Shown here: positions 35,001 through 47,508 of the stretch, piece by piece
Layout of the letters: each line of letters opens with the position of its first letter
Numbering within the stretch: the stretch's first letter is position 1
Assembly: GCF_001447785.1 (NCBI RefSeq)
Contig: NW_015167130.1
Coordinates: forward strand, 23,973-86,120
Reading direction: 5' to 3'
From: Gekko japonicus
Lineage: Eukaryota
Length of the DNA stretch: 62,148 nucleotides
Made by a program: the position numbers and the translations under genes
The notes under the pieces: generated by a model
Databases searched by the model: none
The model's input: the letters and a program-made list of their open reading frames with translations, nothing else
Told to the model about the DNA's origin: nothing

Positions 35001-38000
35001 CTCGGGTTCCAGATCTATGACACATACAATGATGATAAGATGACCTACCGCACCACTCTGGATCTGCTCTATAAATCCCATAGATATGTTCTGAATTATG
35101 GATGTGACACGCACAAAAACCTGATGGCTGTCGTGGGGGGACTTGGTTCTGATGTCTCCTTCCACATGGTGGACATTCTAAGTCTCTATAAAATTCCACA
35201 GGTAGGCTGTGTGCATGGAATAATGAAAGATTTTGATATGTAAACACATATCTTACTGGGAATGGCTCAAACGCACAGATCTATCTATCTATCATCTATC
35301 TAGGTGAAAAATTGTTTTGAACTCAAAGAAATATAATCAGATGGAAACTTGTTCTGAAGTGGTAGATGGTGTTGTGGTGGAAATGCAATGCAAGGTGCTT
35401 TTAATAGATATTTCTGCATAACTGTTACTCAGAAATTGCCCCATATTCCTATTTTCAAAACATTCAGTGGTAAACAGGCACCGGAAAATGCATTTCAAAT
35501 TTCTCTTTTTGTTTCCTTAGCTCACATATGGGTCATTTTCTCAAGTGGAGAGGGGCAACTCAAAGTCCCCTTCCTTCTATTGCATGGTTCCCAGTGAAGC
35601 CCATCAGTATGTGGGGCTCATTCGATTACTTCAGCGCTTTGGATGGACATGGGTTGGGCTCTTTGCCATGAATGACGATAGTGGAGAACACTTCATTCAC
35701 GAAATGGAGCCATTGCTTTTCCAACATGGAATTTGTGTGGCCTTTGCAGAAACAATGATAAAGCAAGGCCACTGGAATACCTTCGGGGATGCCATAGATT
35801 TATTTTCAAATGTTTATCCAGCTTTGGTAGACAGCAAAGCCAATACATTTATCCTCTATGGAGAAACTATGACCATTATTGCATTGACCACATTTCTATA
35901 CCTAGGTAATCATGATTTACTGGAAAACACTTCATTTGGAAGGGTGTGGATTATGACAGCCCAGACTGATTTTGCATTAGCGGCCCTTCAAAGGGCCTGG
36001 AGTCTTGAATTCTTCCAGGGTTCAATTTTCTTCTCCATTCACTCACAAGAGCTTGTAGGGTTCCAGAAGTTTCTTCAAAGCATAAACCCTTATTGGACAC
36101 AAGGTGATGGATTTCTCAAGGATTTCTGGGAACAAGCATTTGACTGTCCTCTAAATTCCCAAGACTCATCTCAGATTCATGGAACTGGTACTGGGCAAGA
36201 GAAGCTGGAGAGTCTTTCTGGGCCTGTTTTTGAGATGCAGATGACTGGCCACAGCTACAGCATCTATAATGCAGTCTATGCCATAGCCTATGCTCTGCAT
36301 GTCATGTGCCTCTCTTGCTCCAAGCACAAATCCATGCTGGGTGTCTGCAAAATCAAAGGCCTTCAACATCTCCAGCCTTGGCAGGTAACATCGTCCCAAT
36401 GTAAGGTCTTATTTCTTTGAACATATAACTACCATGTGAGCATTCCTCCATCTTTCTCCAACATGTATAGTTATTGAATTCATTTCCAAAGGATGTACTG
36501 ATGGCCACAAGCAAAGATGCCTTCATCAGCGGAGTGACTGCTCAAAAGTGACCACACAAACTGATTAAGGATTTTTTTTAGAAAAAGCTTTCTTCAGGAA
36601 CTAACTTAGTAGACAGTAAAGAGAAGAGACAGAGTGACACACTCATATGCACATGAAAAATGCCAAAACAAAAAATAGATGGACCCAGGGCTTTTTTTAT
36701 AGAAAAAGCCCAGCAGGCACTCCTTAGCATATTAGGCCATACCTCATGCCTTCCCTTGGCTTGCCCAAGCACCCCTCGGCTGCGGGGAGCCCGAGCAAGC
36801 CCTCCTTTGAAGGGAAGGGAAGGCAGTTTAAATTGCCTTCCCTTGGCTTGCCTGGGAGCCCCGCAGCTGCATGGAGCCCAGTCAAGCCGGCCCTTGGACA
36901 GGTCTGGTAAGGCTTGGGTAGGCATTTAATGTCTCCCTGATCCTTCCAGGCCTGCCCGCCTCAGAGTCGCTGGGGGGGGTCACTCTCCAGGCCTTCTTTC
37001 TGTAGCAACACACGCAGAGGTTTTGGCTGTCGTAGGCTTGGCCAACTCTGAAGCCAGCCGGAATTCCGTTCCTGTGCATTTCTGCCCAAAAATAGTCCTG
37101 GGTGAACCATTCGTCTGACCCAGGAAGGCTCTTATGTTCTATACTTGTAACATATTTTTAGAACAACTGTGTGGTACTTTGCTTTCTGCCACAGGAAAAA
37201 AAAATGATTTGTCAAGCTGTGTATGGAACAATATCAGTAAAGAAAGCAGTTTGTAAATCTCAGAATAGATCGCCAGCATGATTTTTAAAACATCTTTTCT
37301 TTCTAGCTCCACGAATTCCTTCGACACATTTCATTTAACAACTCTGCAGGAGAAGTGGTGTCTTTTAATTATAATAAGGAAATAGGAGGTGGCTTTGATA
37401 TCATGAACTTGGTCACATTCCCCAACAAGTCTTTTGATAAAGTGAAAATTGGGAAGGTGGATCCAGATGCTTTTGAAGGAGAGGAATTGATCATTGATGT
37501 GGACAGAATTGTGTGGCAGAGCCAATTTAACCAGGTATATATTCTGGGATGTTCACAGAGGCGCCTCTGGCATTGGGTCAGAGACTCCAAGATTGGGGGG
37601 GGGGGTTCCTTTCCTGTATAGCAGGACAGCAGGACTCTTATAATGGATGACTTTATAATGTTATGAATTTGACAAAAGCAACGTAGCAACAGAGTGTCAA
37701 GTATCTCCAGTCATAGCCATTTTTTAAAAAAATGTATGTGTTCTACATGTGTGCATACTGTTGATTATATTTTGTATATTTATTGAAATTTGGTATGTTT
37801 ATGAACGAATCAGATATATTTCTGAATAGCTCTGCCAGTGGTAAAAAGTTCATGCTGAGCTTCTGTTTCCCTTCCTGTTTGCAGCTTGGCTAGAAGTGCA
37901 AGTCTTTTGCTGCTCGGCAAAGACAAGAGCCAAGGGTTCTTAGTCTTAAACTGTAAATTAGCTAGCCAGTAGTTCTAGGAACAGTCCAGGAGTTTGCATT

Positions 38001-41000
38001 GTAAACTTGCTTTTTTCTTCTTCTTTTCTATAAACCATTTTAGGCCTCCATTGGAGGGGTTTTGATTTATATGCCTAAATATATAAATGCCTTGATTTGT
38101 TCTATAGAATGAGCCACTATGCTGAGTAGTCTGTTGCGTGTATGTATTGGATATTTTGCAAGGTTGCACTACCCAGCATAGCTAATATTACTGCTATATG
38201 CTTGTCCACATCCCTCCTTCTTTCAGCTTAGTGGAAATAAAGCTCTTTGAATAATAAAACTTTTATCATCCTGACCATATAAATTCTGAAAAGCATTCAA
38301 CATTTATTTTGCTATCTTTAGTACCTTAATATGCACAACTCAATCACTAGATTTTCATTGAACAATGAAATTCTTCCCTTTACTGTTTAGTTTGTTCCAC
38401 TGTGCGATCTCAGTCTCTCCTTTCACTGGAGGATCAGTGTTAAGGGACATTTCTGCTCCTTCGTCCAACTTTACTAAGTCATGGAGACCAGTTCTCTCTC
38501 TGGACTCATAATTTGCTTCTCAGCCCAAAGGCTTCTTGCTGCACATGGGGCTGGAAAAGATATGGGGCTAGTTCCATTGTCTCATCACTGGTAAAGTTGT
38601 TATGCTTTGCTGCTCAGGCCAAAAAAAAAGAGCAAGCAGACAAGAAAACTACAATTTTAAATTCACTCTGCGCCGATAACCCTATTGGGTATATGGGATA
38701 ACCCTACTGGGTATTAATTCAGCAAAGTTTCCTAATTAAGGATCAGTGGAACCACATGTGGTTAAACCCATTTCAATCCAGTATATTGCAACAAAGAACT
38801 TACTTTTATTGTATTTTAGTCCTATTTAGGTGCTGCTTTGTAGGAGAAAACAGAAAACAGAAGCAAATTCTAAGTAATTCCTATTACAAGTGACTGACTA
38901 ATCCAGCAGTATGTGTTTTAAGTATGAAGTCATAGGTGTGTCCCTGGCTTGCTTTCGCAGGACAGAATAAAGACATTTCAGTCCCCCTAATGATTGGGTG
39001 GGGATCATCATGACCATTAACAAAAAACCCCACAAACTCATGTCTTCCATACTAAATTCCTTCCATTGTGTTGGATAGGTAGTGCCAATTTCACTGTGCA
39101 ATGACTACTGTCCCCCTGGTTCTCAGAAGCAAAAGAAGGAAGGGGAGCAGTTTTGCTGCTACAATTGTGTTCCATGCCCAGCTGGAAAGATATCCAACCA
39201 GAAAGGCAAGTGATGTAATGTGTTCCATTTATTCCAGCATATGATGTTAATTCTCAAGTGGTAACTGATGAAAGTGTGACAATGGATTGTATCATCCAGC
39301 CCAAAGATTAGGCAAATTTTGCCACATGGTCAAAAATCCAGGAAACTCCATGTTTTTAAGAGCTGTCAGATCACCCTTCCTGATGTGGTTCATAAGTAAT
39401 GAGAAAATCAAGTGAAGTCTATGCATCTGTGAATCACATTTTAGCTGACAACAGGGAAGAATGTAAACAAATTTCACAAATGTGTTCTTGAATCCAGGGC
39501 TCTGGTTTTTCATGACACTGAAGTCATTGTTGTTTCTTGGATATATGTTTTAAAAAATCATAGAAATATTTGCTGGGATCCTAAGCTTTACATTCATTTG
39601 CACTTTGCCTTCTCCATGGTGGATATTACACAGTATTCTATAGTGAAGTGCTTTTCAGATCATTGAAACAGGCTGGTGTTAGAGAGAGCACCTAGAACAG
39701 GAGGAGCATGAAACCTAGTGGATGACCGCACAACAACTGGATCGCTCAGCAGGTTTTGATACCATCAAAACATAACATCCTACAGGGCTGCCTCTCAGTA
39801 CTGGAACTAAGGCAAACAAAACTCACTTAAGGATTGGAAGAAAGGATTATAACCTCACAAAATGCAAGAAGTGAACCTCAAGATTCACGATCATCAATAC
39901 ATGTGTGATCTATTCCTTGGTGTTAGGTGTACCTGAAGTACCTAGTTTGGAATGACATCCATAACCAACACATTCATATTATGAATGCAACCTTCCTGTG
40001 TGTTTATTCATTAAAAAATGTTTTCCCAGTGTTATAACTGACATTTTATTAGGTGTGTTTAAATATAAATAATAATGCTTTAAGCACAACAAATATATGT
40101 CATGTACATAATAGCAAGAAAAGTGACACCAGAAATAACTGAAATGTGTGTAAGAATTTTAAAATGACTTTATGTGATGATGTCCAGAACTAGAACCAGC
40201 AATGAGAAATCAGCATTAAGAAAGGCTTTGATATTTCCACAACATCAACTACAATTGGAAGTAAATTGGTATATGTGTTGGCACTGAAAAAGCACATTTT
40301 CTTTTCATTACTCTTTCTTTCTTAGATATGGAGGACTGTATCAAATGCCCAGAAGACCAATATCCAAGCAAGGACCAAGATCAATGTTTTCCTAAGACAA
40401 TAAGCTTTCTGTCTTATGAAGAACCTCTGGGGATCATTTTAACCTCTGTTACCATTTCTTTTTCAGTAATCACTATATTGGTGCTGGGAATTTTTATTAA
40501 GCACAGAGATACGCCCATAGTCAAAGCCAACAACCGGGATATCACCTGTGCTCTGTTAATCTCTCTCTTTTTCTGCTTTGTTTCTTCTTTGCTCTTCCTT
40601 GGACAACCTACCAAGGTGACCTGCTTCCTCCGGCAATCTGCTTTTGGCATCATATTCTCCGTGGCTGTTTCTTGTGTCTTGGCCAAAACCATCACTGTAG
40701 TTGTAGCTTTCATGGCCACCAAACCAGGATCTGGGCTGAGGAAGTGGGTAGGAAAAAGAATGACCAACTTCATTGTTCTTTCCTGCTCCATTATCCAAAT
40801 CTGCATTTGCACAGTGTGGCTAGGAACTTCTCACCCTTTCCCAGATTTGGACACCAAGTCAATGACTGAAGAGATCATAGCAGAATGTAATGAAGGGTCT
40901 GTCGTCATGTTTTATATTGTTCTGGGCTACTTGGGACTTCTGTCCATCATCAGCTTGACTGTGGCTTTCATTGCCCGAAAGTTACCAGACAGTTTCAATG

Positions 41001-41227
41001 AAGCCAAGTTCATCACCTTCAGCATGCTGATGTTTTGTAGTGTTTGGCTCTGTTTTGTTCCAACCTATCTGAGCACCAAAGGGAAATCCATGGTAGCTGT
41101 GGAGATCTTCTCTATCTTGACCTCCAGTGCTGGGTTATTGGGCTGTATCTTTTCCCCCAAGTGCTACATTATTGTTTGGAGGCCTGAGCTGAACAAAAGG
41201 GAAAACTTAATGCAGAGAATGAATTAA
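32035..41227 (+). CDS. V2R: V2R gene C, six exons, open frame, 874 aa (vomeronasal type-2 receptor, class C GPCR)
   Basis: Exons 32035-32246, 34910-35201, 35521-36384, 37307-37534, 39079-39205 (GC donor) and 40326-41227 total 2625 nt in frame. Signal peptide [19 protein letters not shown], cysteine-rich domain and 7TM are present. In-frame upstream ATGs at 31981 and 31996 are possible starts. Confidence 0.92.
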
Positions 41228-42165
41228 TAAATCTTGCCCTCCTGTGATTTCTTCTGCTTCTCATTCAGTATCTAATTATCAGTAATTTTCATTAACACAG
41301 GAAGTTATGTGGATTTGCTAGAGAACAGAGCAGGCCTACCTCTCATCTTATCTAGGAAAAAACCCATTCATCTGTCCATCTCTTTGTCCTTCCCTTTGTT
41401 CATCTTTCTCTTTATTTCAAGCATAGATGCTCAGAAAATAAATTTTGGTGGCTCAATCCTGGCCACCACCTTCAGGATGACCATGGCAGATGGAGTGTCA
41501 AAGATGAAGGAAATTGGGATACCCTTGCCTACACAATCCCGAGAAACATTCACTTACCTGAAATTAGAACTAGGAGGCTCAGCATTACCCTCTAGCTTCA
41601 GATTGACCATAAGAACTGTTGTGCCCAAAATGAGGGGAACTCGAACGTCGAGCCCTCAGTTATTTCCACAAACCTCCCCATTCCCAATGGAAGCTCAGGT
41701 TGTTTGTGTCAGGCATAACTCAACCAAAAGTAAAGCTAGGAGCCTCAAAATCGGTCATTGGTTCAGAGATTATCATTTTTGGCAAGTGATTGCAATGATC
41801 ATCTCGAAGCCTGTGGCCAATTTAAGGCAGGGGAGGTTGTTCAGATTCCCTTAATTGTTGGCCCTGTAGTTCCCTTCATCCTCTTGAAGCAGGTGGACAA
41901 TTTTGAAACATCTAGTTTTATTTTCTGATGAATTAGGCCTGTCAGAGACAAATATAGCTTCCAGTGCCAGAAGTGGTGAAGGGGTTGTTTCTGTACGTCT
42001 AGATGTTCCAATTCCCATTACATTTGTCATTGTAATACCCATGATAAAGCAGCAGCCAGTGTCCAATATTAAGTCTCCTGCCTTTATTTTTAGAGGTATT
42101 ATACATGCAACAAACAGACTGGCTGGCAGATGGACAGAAGGATGGACAAAGGAATGGACAGATTC

Positions 42166-43900
42166 TTTTTTTTAAGTCCCCGAAGGGGATTTTTTATTGC
42201 ATTTTCTATAGACTACAAACTACAATGAAAAAAGGGAGGGGACAAGTACATCTAAGGGAGAAAGGGGAAAAAACCCACTACTAACTAAAACCCCAAGTAT
42301 AGGAGATCATTTCAGTCGCTTATATCAGTATTAGTCTAAAAATGTTAAAATCGCATTGAACATGGTCGATTAAGCTATGATATTAATCTTCATATCGATT
42401 AGTTACACTGTTTTAAGAGAGTCACTAGAGCGTCATTGATAATAAAAGCTTATAAGGCACTATTCAGAGTTCTTCAGTCATTATTTTGTTTTATCTTTTC
42501 TTATCCTCAATTGATAATCTCGTTTGGGGGGCGCCACCCCCTTTTCAGAAGCAGAGTCCTCATCAGAAGAATCCTCACTAGGTTTGCTGTCCTCATCCTC
42601 TCTGCCATCCTCTCTCGAATCTCCCAGTTGCAGTCTTAGAAACTGACAGACTTTAGAAACAGAGTCATTTTCTTCTTCTTTTTTATCCTTTAATTTGAAA
42701 AGGTTGAGCTCAGGAATCAACCACCTATAAGGAATGCTGTTTGTTTGCAAGAACATAATCAGGTCCTTATATTTCTGTCTCTTTTTTCTTATTTCAAAAG
42801 GAATATCTTTTAGAATTCTGATGGTGTTGTCTCCAATTTTAAGGGTGCTCCTGATGTTGCTTTCAGTATTTGATCCTGCACATGTCTCTTCGAGAATCTT
42901 ACCACTATTTACACAGACAGATTATTTTCCTTAATGTATACAGAATAGGCTGTATAAGCCACATCCATTTCGCTTATAAGATAGTCCATTTTTAAATCTG
43001 CAATTGGGGCAAGCGCATCAGAAGTTTTTTCAGATTCTCATCTTTAGCCTCAGGGACACCTTGGAACCAGAGAACTAAGTTGGTTTTTTCCATTTGTAGC
43101 TTCATGAGCTGATATTCATCAGAAACTTTGCTCCCTTTTTTTGGTAGTTTCATTCAGTTGGAGCTGCTCAGCTGCAAAATTTTGGTTTAATGTTGTCAGC
43201 TGTTGATTGATATTCATCATCTGATCCAGTAGAGGGAACAAAAAGTCTGCTAGACGCTTAGAAAACTCTGTGATCTTCCAGTCGGGGGCTCATGGTTCCA
43301 GTCGGTTCCAGTTTCGCCTGCCTTTCTTTCTCCACTTTTCTCAGTGCCATTTTTATGGATTGTTAACTTTTAAAAACTTTTGCTAAAGTCTTTGCAATTC
43401 GGCCAAGCACTTTTTCACGCTCTCGTGTACTTATCAAAACAGATTTTAACGCTTATAGTTCTGCCCCCCCTTGGGAGATCATTGTTTTACTCATGCATAT
43501 GGGGGGCCCCTCCCCTGCTCACTAGTCTTGCTGATCCTGGGGGGCTTTCTTTTATCATCCTGGTGTTTGCGTTAAACTCAACTCACTGTTCATTGGTGGG
43601 CTGGAGACCTCACCACAGGTACGTTTACAATGCCTGATCTCCAACGCTTGTTCCAGTTGGCATCTCTAGTTCCATTTGGATGCCCAACGGCTGGACCAGA
43701 GGGGTGAAGAAGTGCCTCAATTCTCCAGCATCACACTGGTGAAGAGGCCACCCCTCAAAAGCCCCATGGCTAGAAGCCTTTCAACAAAGCTCCGGGGGTG
43801 TGTGTGAGCGAACAATCACCCTCCCTCCAAACCGCTGATGCGCGGATTGCCTCCCCGAGAGGTCTGGGGAATGCGTCCGCTAGCGGGATGCCATTAAACT
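42166..43900 (-). mobile_element. HAL1-like ORF1-only non-autonomous L1 element, full length (~1.7 kb)
   Basis: TSD GGAATGGACAGATYC at 42151-42165 and 43901-43915. Poly(A) at 42166-42173 with AATAAA. Degenerate ORF1 from ATG 43350 to ~42481. No ORF2. Confidence 0.8.
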
Positions 43901-45050
43901 GGAATGGACAGATCCTTTTATTAAGGATGATGAGAACTGCTGCTGCTTGCTCAGCTCTCCAACCCCACACCACACTATCCTGGCAATATTTAACTGTACC
44001 TTGAATACTGAAGAAGCAGTTCTTCATCCTACCAAAAGAGCTGCAGAGTACCAGATAAAGTAACAATAGTGATCATCTTTAATTGGTGAGCTGTACCCAA
44101 AATTAGGTTTATAGGAATCAACATACTCTACATTTCTCCCCATTGGCAGCCCCAAGTGGCTTCCAGCATTCTTCTCTCCTCCATTGTATCCTTCCAGCTT
44201 TATGTGGTGGGTATGGCTGAGAGTGTTTGACCCACCATAACTTAGCCAGAAGTATGTGGCATTAGAACATATATCTCCTTGACCCTAATCTGACACTCCA
44301 ACCAATGTATCTGATAGGGAAGTTGTTATATTCCCTTTATTTTGTAAAGGAGAGGATATTTTCCACCTTCCAAGTCTGCTGCCTTCTAGCACTATTTCTC
44401 TCTCCCCCCCCCCCACTGACTTTTGGCAACCTCTAGTGAAAATAAGTATGCCATGGCTGACTTTTCGCAGCCCCTATTGGAAATAAGTATATCATCCCCA
44501 ACTTTTTTTGCTTGGTAGATCACAATGCAGAATCTGTGAATCAGTTTTTCAGCCCTCAATGTTGTGCTGCTGTCTGAACAGAATGTCTCTCCATGATAAA
44601 AAGCCTACATGGGAAGCTGCAGATCTTCCCTCCTGCACCCAATCATCCTGGCTCCAGACTGCTCAAATCTCATGAGCAAATATGAAATATCAAGTCCAGA
44701 CAATTCCAGCTGACACTTCTTTAGTTTTCATGTTAGGCCTGCCTACCTCTGGATACTGCAAGTAACCCAAAGTAGTAATATGGTGGCCAAGATGTGTGTC
44801 TATGTCTGTCTAGCACAGGGAAATATGTGTATACAGTTGTGTCTGAATCATGTCATTTCTTAGCCAACTTGAAGATGGACAGGTACGTTTCTGCCTACCA
44901 GCAAGAAGCTGGGAAGGACAGTAGTCAGAGAGGCTGGGGGGTTTCTGCACTCTGGAGGGATCTAAGTATTTTACGGACTAAGAGGATAGCATTTCTGTCC
45001 AAGATGGGAGCAAGGAGCACCTCTCGCAGGCCTTGGCAGTAGCCAGGGCA

Positions 45051-45491
45051 GGAACTAAAAGGACCTGGTAAAAGATCCAAGTGGAGAAAGCAGAGAAGGG
45101 TTTTCCTAGGGAAGTCAATTGTCTTATCTGGAGCTTGCTCATATCTATCAAACCAAGCTGCCAAGTCCACACTATTCAAATTGACACTTTTGGCAATCAT
45201 TTTAGGGATATCTACCACTGGATACCACAAGCAACCAGAAGTAGAAAGGTGGTAGTCAACATGTGTGGAACTAAAAGGACCTGGTAAAAGATCCAGGTGG
45301 AGAAAGCAGAGAAGGGTTTTCCTAGGGAAGTCAATTGTCTTATCTGGAGCTTGCTCATATCTAACAAACAAAATCAATACCAAGCTGCCACGTCCACACA
45401 ATTCATGACACTTTTTGGTGATCATTTTAGGGATATCTACCACTGGATACCACAAGCAACCAGAAGTAGAAAGGTGGTAGTCAACATGTGT
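45051..45491. repeat. Direct tandem duplication, two units of ~216 and ~225 bp
   Basis: GGAACTAAAAGGACCTGG...CAACATGTGT at 45051-45266 and 45267-45491. Confidence 0.9.
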
Positions 45492-46149
45492 GTCTAACAC
45501 AGTGGAATGCGTGTATGTGGTTGTGTGTACATCATGACAATTCTTAGACAACCTGTCATGCAACTTTTAGAGAGAGGCTGGTGGGTTTGTTAGACCTTGG
45601 AGAAAAAGAATGGTCTACAGAGAGTCCATTGCTCCATAAAAACACTTTGAATCATGAAGTAAGTTTCTATGTCCTGGAAGGGCTCTAAGGAAACTGAGGA
45701 AAGGCACGTGAGAACATGTATTTATTTATTTATAACTTATTTTTATACATAGTGGAGACTCAAAGTGGCTTCCCCTCCAGCATTTTACTCTCACAGCAAC
45801 CACCATGTGAGGTAAGTTAGGCTAAGAGAGAGTAAGGAGTGCAAGGTCACTCAGCAAGGTTCAATAAACAGCAGTGTGTGTACTAGTCACACACTCTCAA
45901 GCAAACCGACCTAACATGGTTGTTATGATAATACAATAGAGGTGAGGAGGACAATGGAAGCCACTTTGGATCCCCATTTGGGGAAAAGGTAGAGTATGGA
46001 TGAAATTAAGCAATTCAAACCTGGGTCTTTCAGATCTAGTCACACACTCTAACCCCACACTCTGCTGTCAACATCTGTATATTTCATGTAGTTCATCAAT
46101 TTAGAAATCACAGCAATTAAACCTTCATGAAGTCTCTCCCCTACACACA

Positions 46150-46718
46150 TGTGTGTAAAGTGCTGTCAAGTCAAAGCTGACTTATGGCAACCCCACCAAG
46201 GGGCTCTCAAGGCAAGTGAGAAGCAGAGGAGGTTTACCATTGCCTTCCTCTGCAGAGAGAGACTTAGTCGTTGTCAGACTCCTGCAGCAATCAGTTCCCA
46301 ACAACTTTCATACAAAGGAGTGAAGTTTATTGAGACACTGAAGTATGCAGATTATCTTTACACATCTCGTGTTAGAACTGGCAATAAGCGTTCAGAGCAA
46401 GTAGATATATATAATTCAAGAGAGTCCCCTGATGGCCGAGAGCCAAAAAAGGAGTAGGTAAAAGCCCGCCAGAGTTAACAAGTCTATTTTCCCAAGAGAA
46501 AGCTGATGGTAGATACCAAGGCCAAATGCTCATGTTACAGAGATAAAAAAGCACTGAAGGCACAGAGAAAGAGAAACCTAACATTCCAGAGGCACCCCCT
46601 CACTCCATGGCAGCTAGAGGCCTAACTGACAGTGGGCTCTCTTCCAAGTATTGATCAGAAGCTTAGCTTTTGAGATCTGTTGAGATTGGGTTATACCATG
46701 CTGCCTTCCCTCCCACCC
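46150..46718 (-). mobile_element. 5S-derived SINE interrupted by a solo LTR
   Basis: SINE tail at 46150-46271 and 5S head at 46632-46718 flank the insert. Confidence 0.7.
46272..46631 (-). mobile_element. Solo LTR-like element (same family as 60394-60746)
   Basis: TGTCAG...CTGACA termini, minus-strand AATAAA, and degenerate 5-bp TSD GTCGT/GTGGG (host consensus GTGGT). Confidence 0.7.
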
Positions 46719-47508
46719 TGCAAATATATTATATATTTTGAAATACTGAAATATTTGTTTGGAATATATACTAGCCATTGATCAGAAGTTTCATGGATCG
46801 GGATTTAATTGGAAGATTAGTCCAGGAATTTAAACTATTTCAAACCAGCTCAGATTTATTCAGACTAATTCAAATCAGTGTACACCAGCTCAGACAAAAC
46901 ACTTCAGTAAAGAGTTGTCAAGAAGGACAAGTTTATTTTCCAGCCTTCATTTATATCACTCTTACACTTGAAAAAAAAGCTTCCTTCAGACATAAAACAG
47001 ATTGTACAAACAGCACATTTTATAGATTTCACAAAAGAAACACATTTTACTTGTACTTCCAAATGAAGAAATAACACATAAAGCATTAAACAAATGCTTT
47101 AAGATTAGCAGAGCTTCAAAGCCTCACTAAAGCAAGATCCTGCTAACAAACAGCTTTTAATGGATACTAATGTTCTGCACAAATCTGGCCAAACAGTAAG
47201 AAAAGGGGCCGCTTCTAGGTCCATTTGATGGCAGCACCAAAAATTCTATCCTGACCCCTTCAGGGAACCTGATAATCCCATGCTAATCGAAATTAGTTAA
47301 GGAGCTCGTGGGGGTGGCTAGTTTATAACAAATGTCTACTCCAGAAATAGAGATCCACCAAAAAGATCCCACTCTATGATCTTCACATATTTGGCTCAAC
47401 TGCACAAAGATGAAGAACCATTGCCCCAGCCTTGTCTTCCATAAAGAGTAGGGGCAGACACATCTGTCCTATAGGAATGTGGGAAAAGAACATAGAACAA
47501 TAGAGTAT

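Larger units (their letters stand above)
22089..43090 (+). repeat. Tandem segmental duplication, copy 2 (includes the 5.7-kb L1 insertion)
   Basis: Collinear with 2594-22088. Confidence 0.9.

Noticed and set aside
45051-45491. CRISPR-like or coding repeat (212-aa ORF 44925-45563)
   Set aside because: Two long units with no spacers in eukaryotic DNA. The ORF repeat is a by-product of the duplication.
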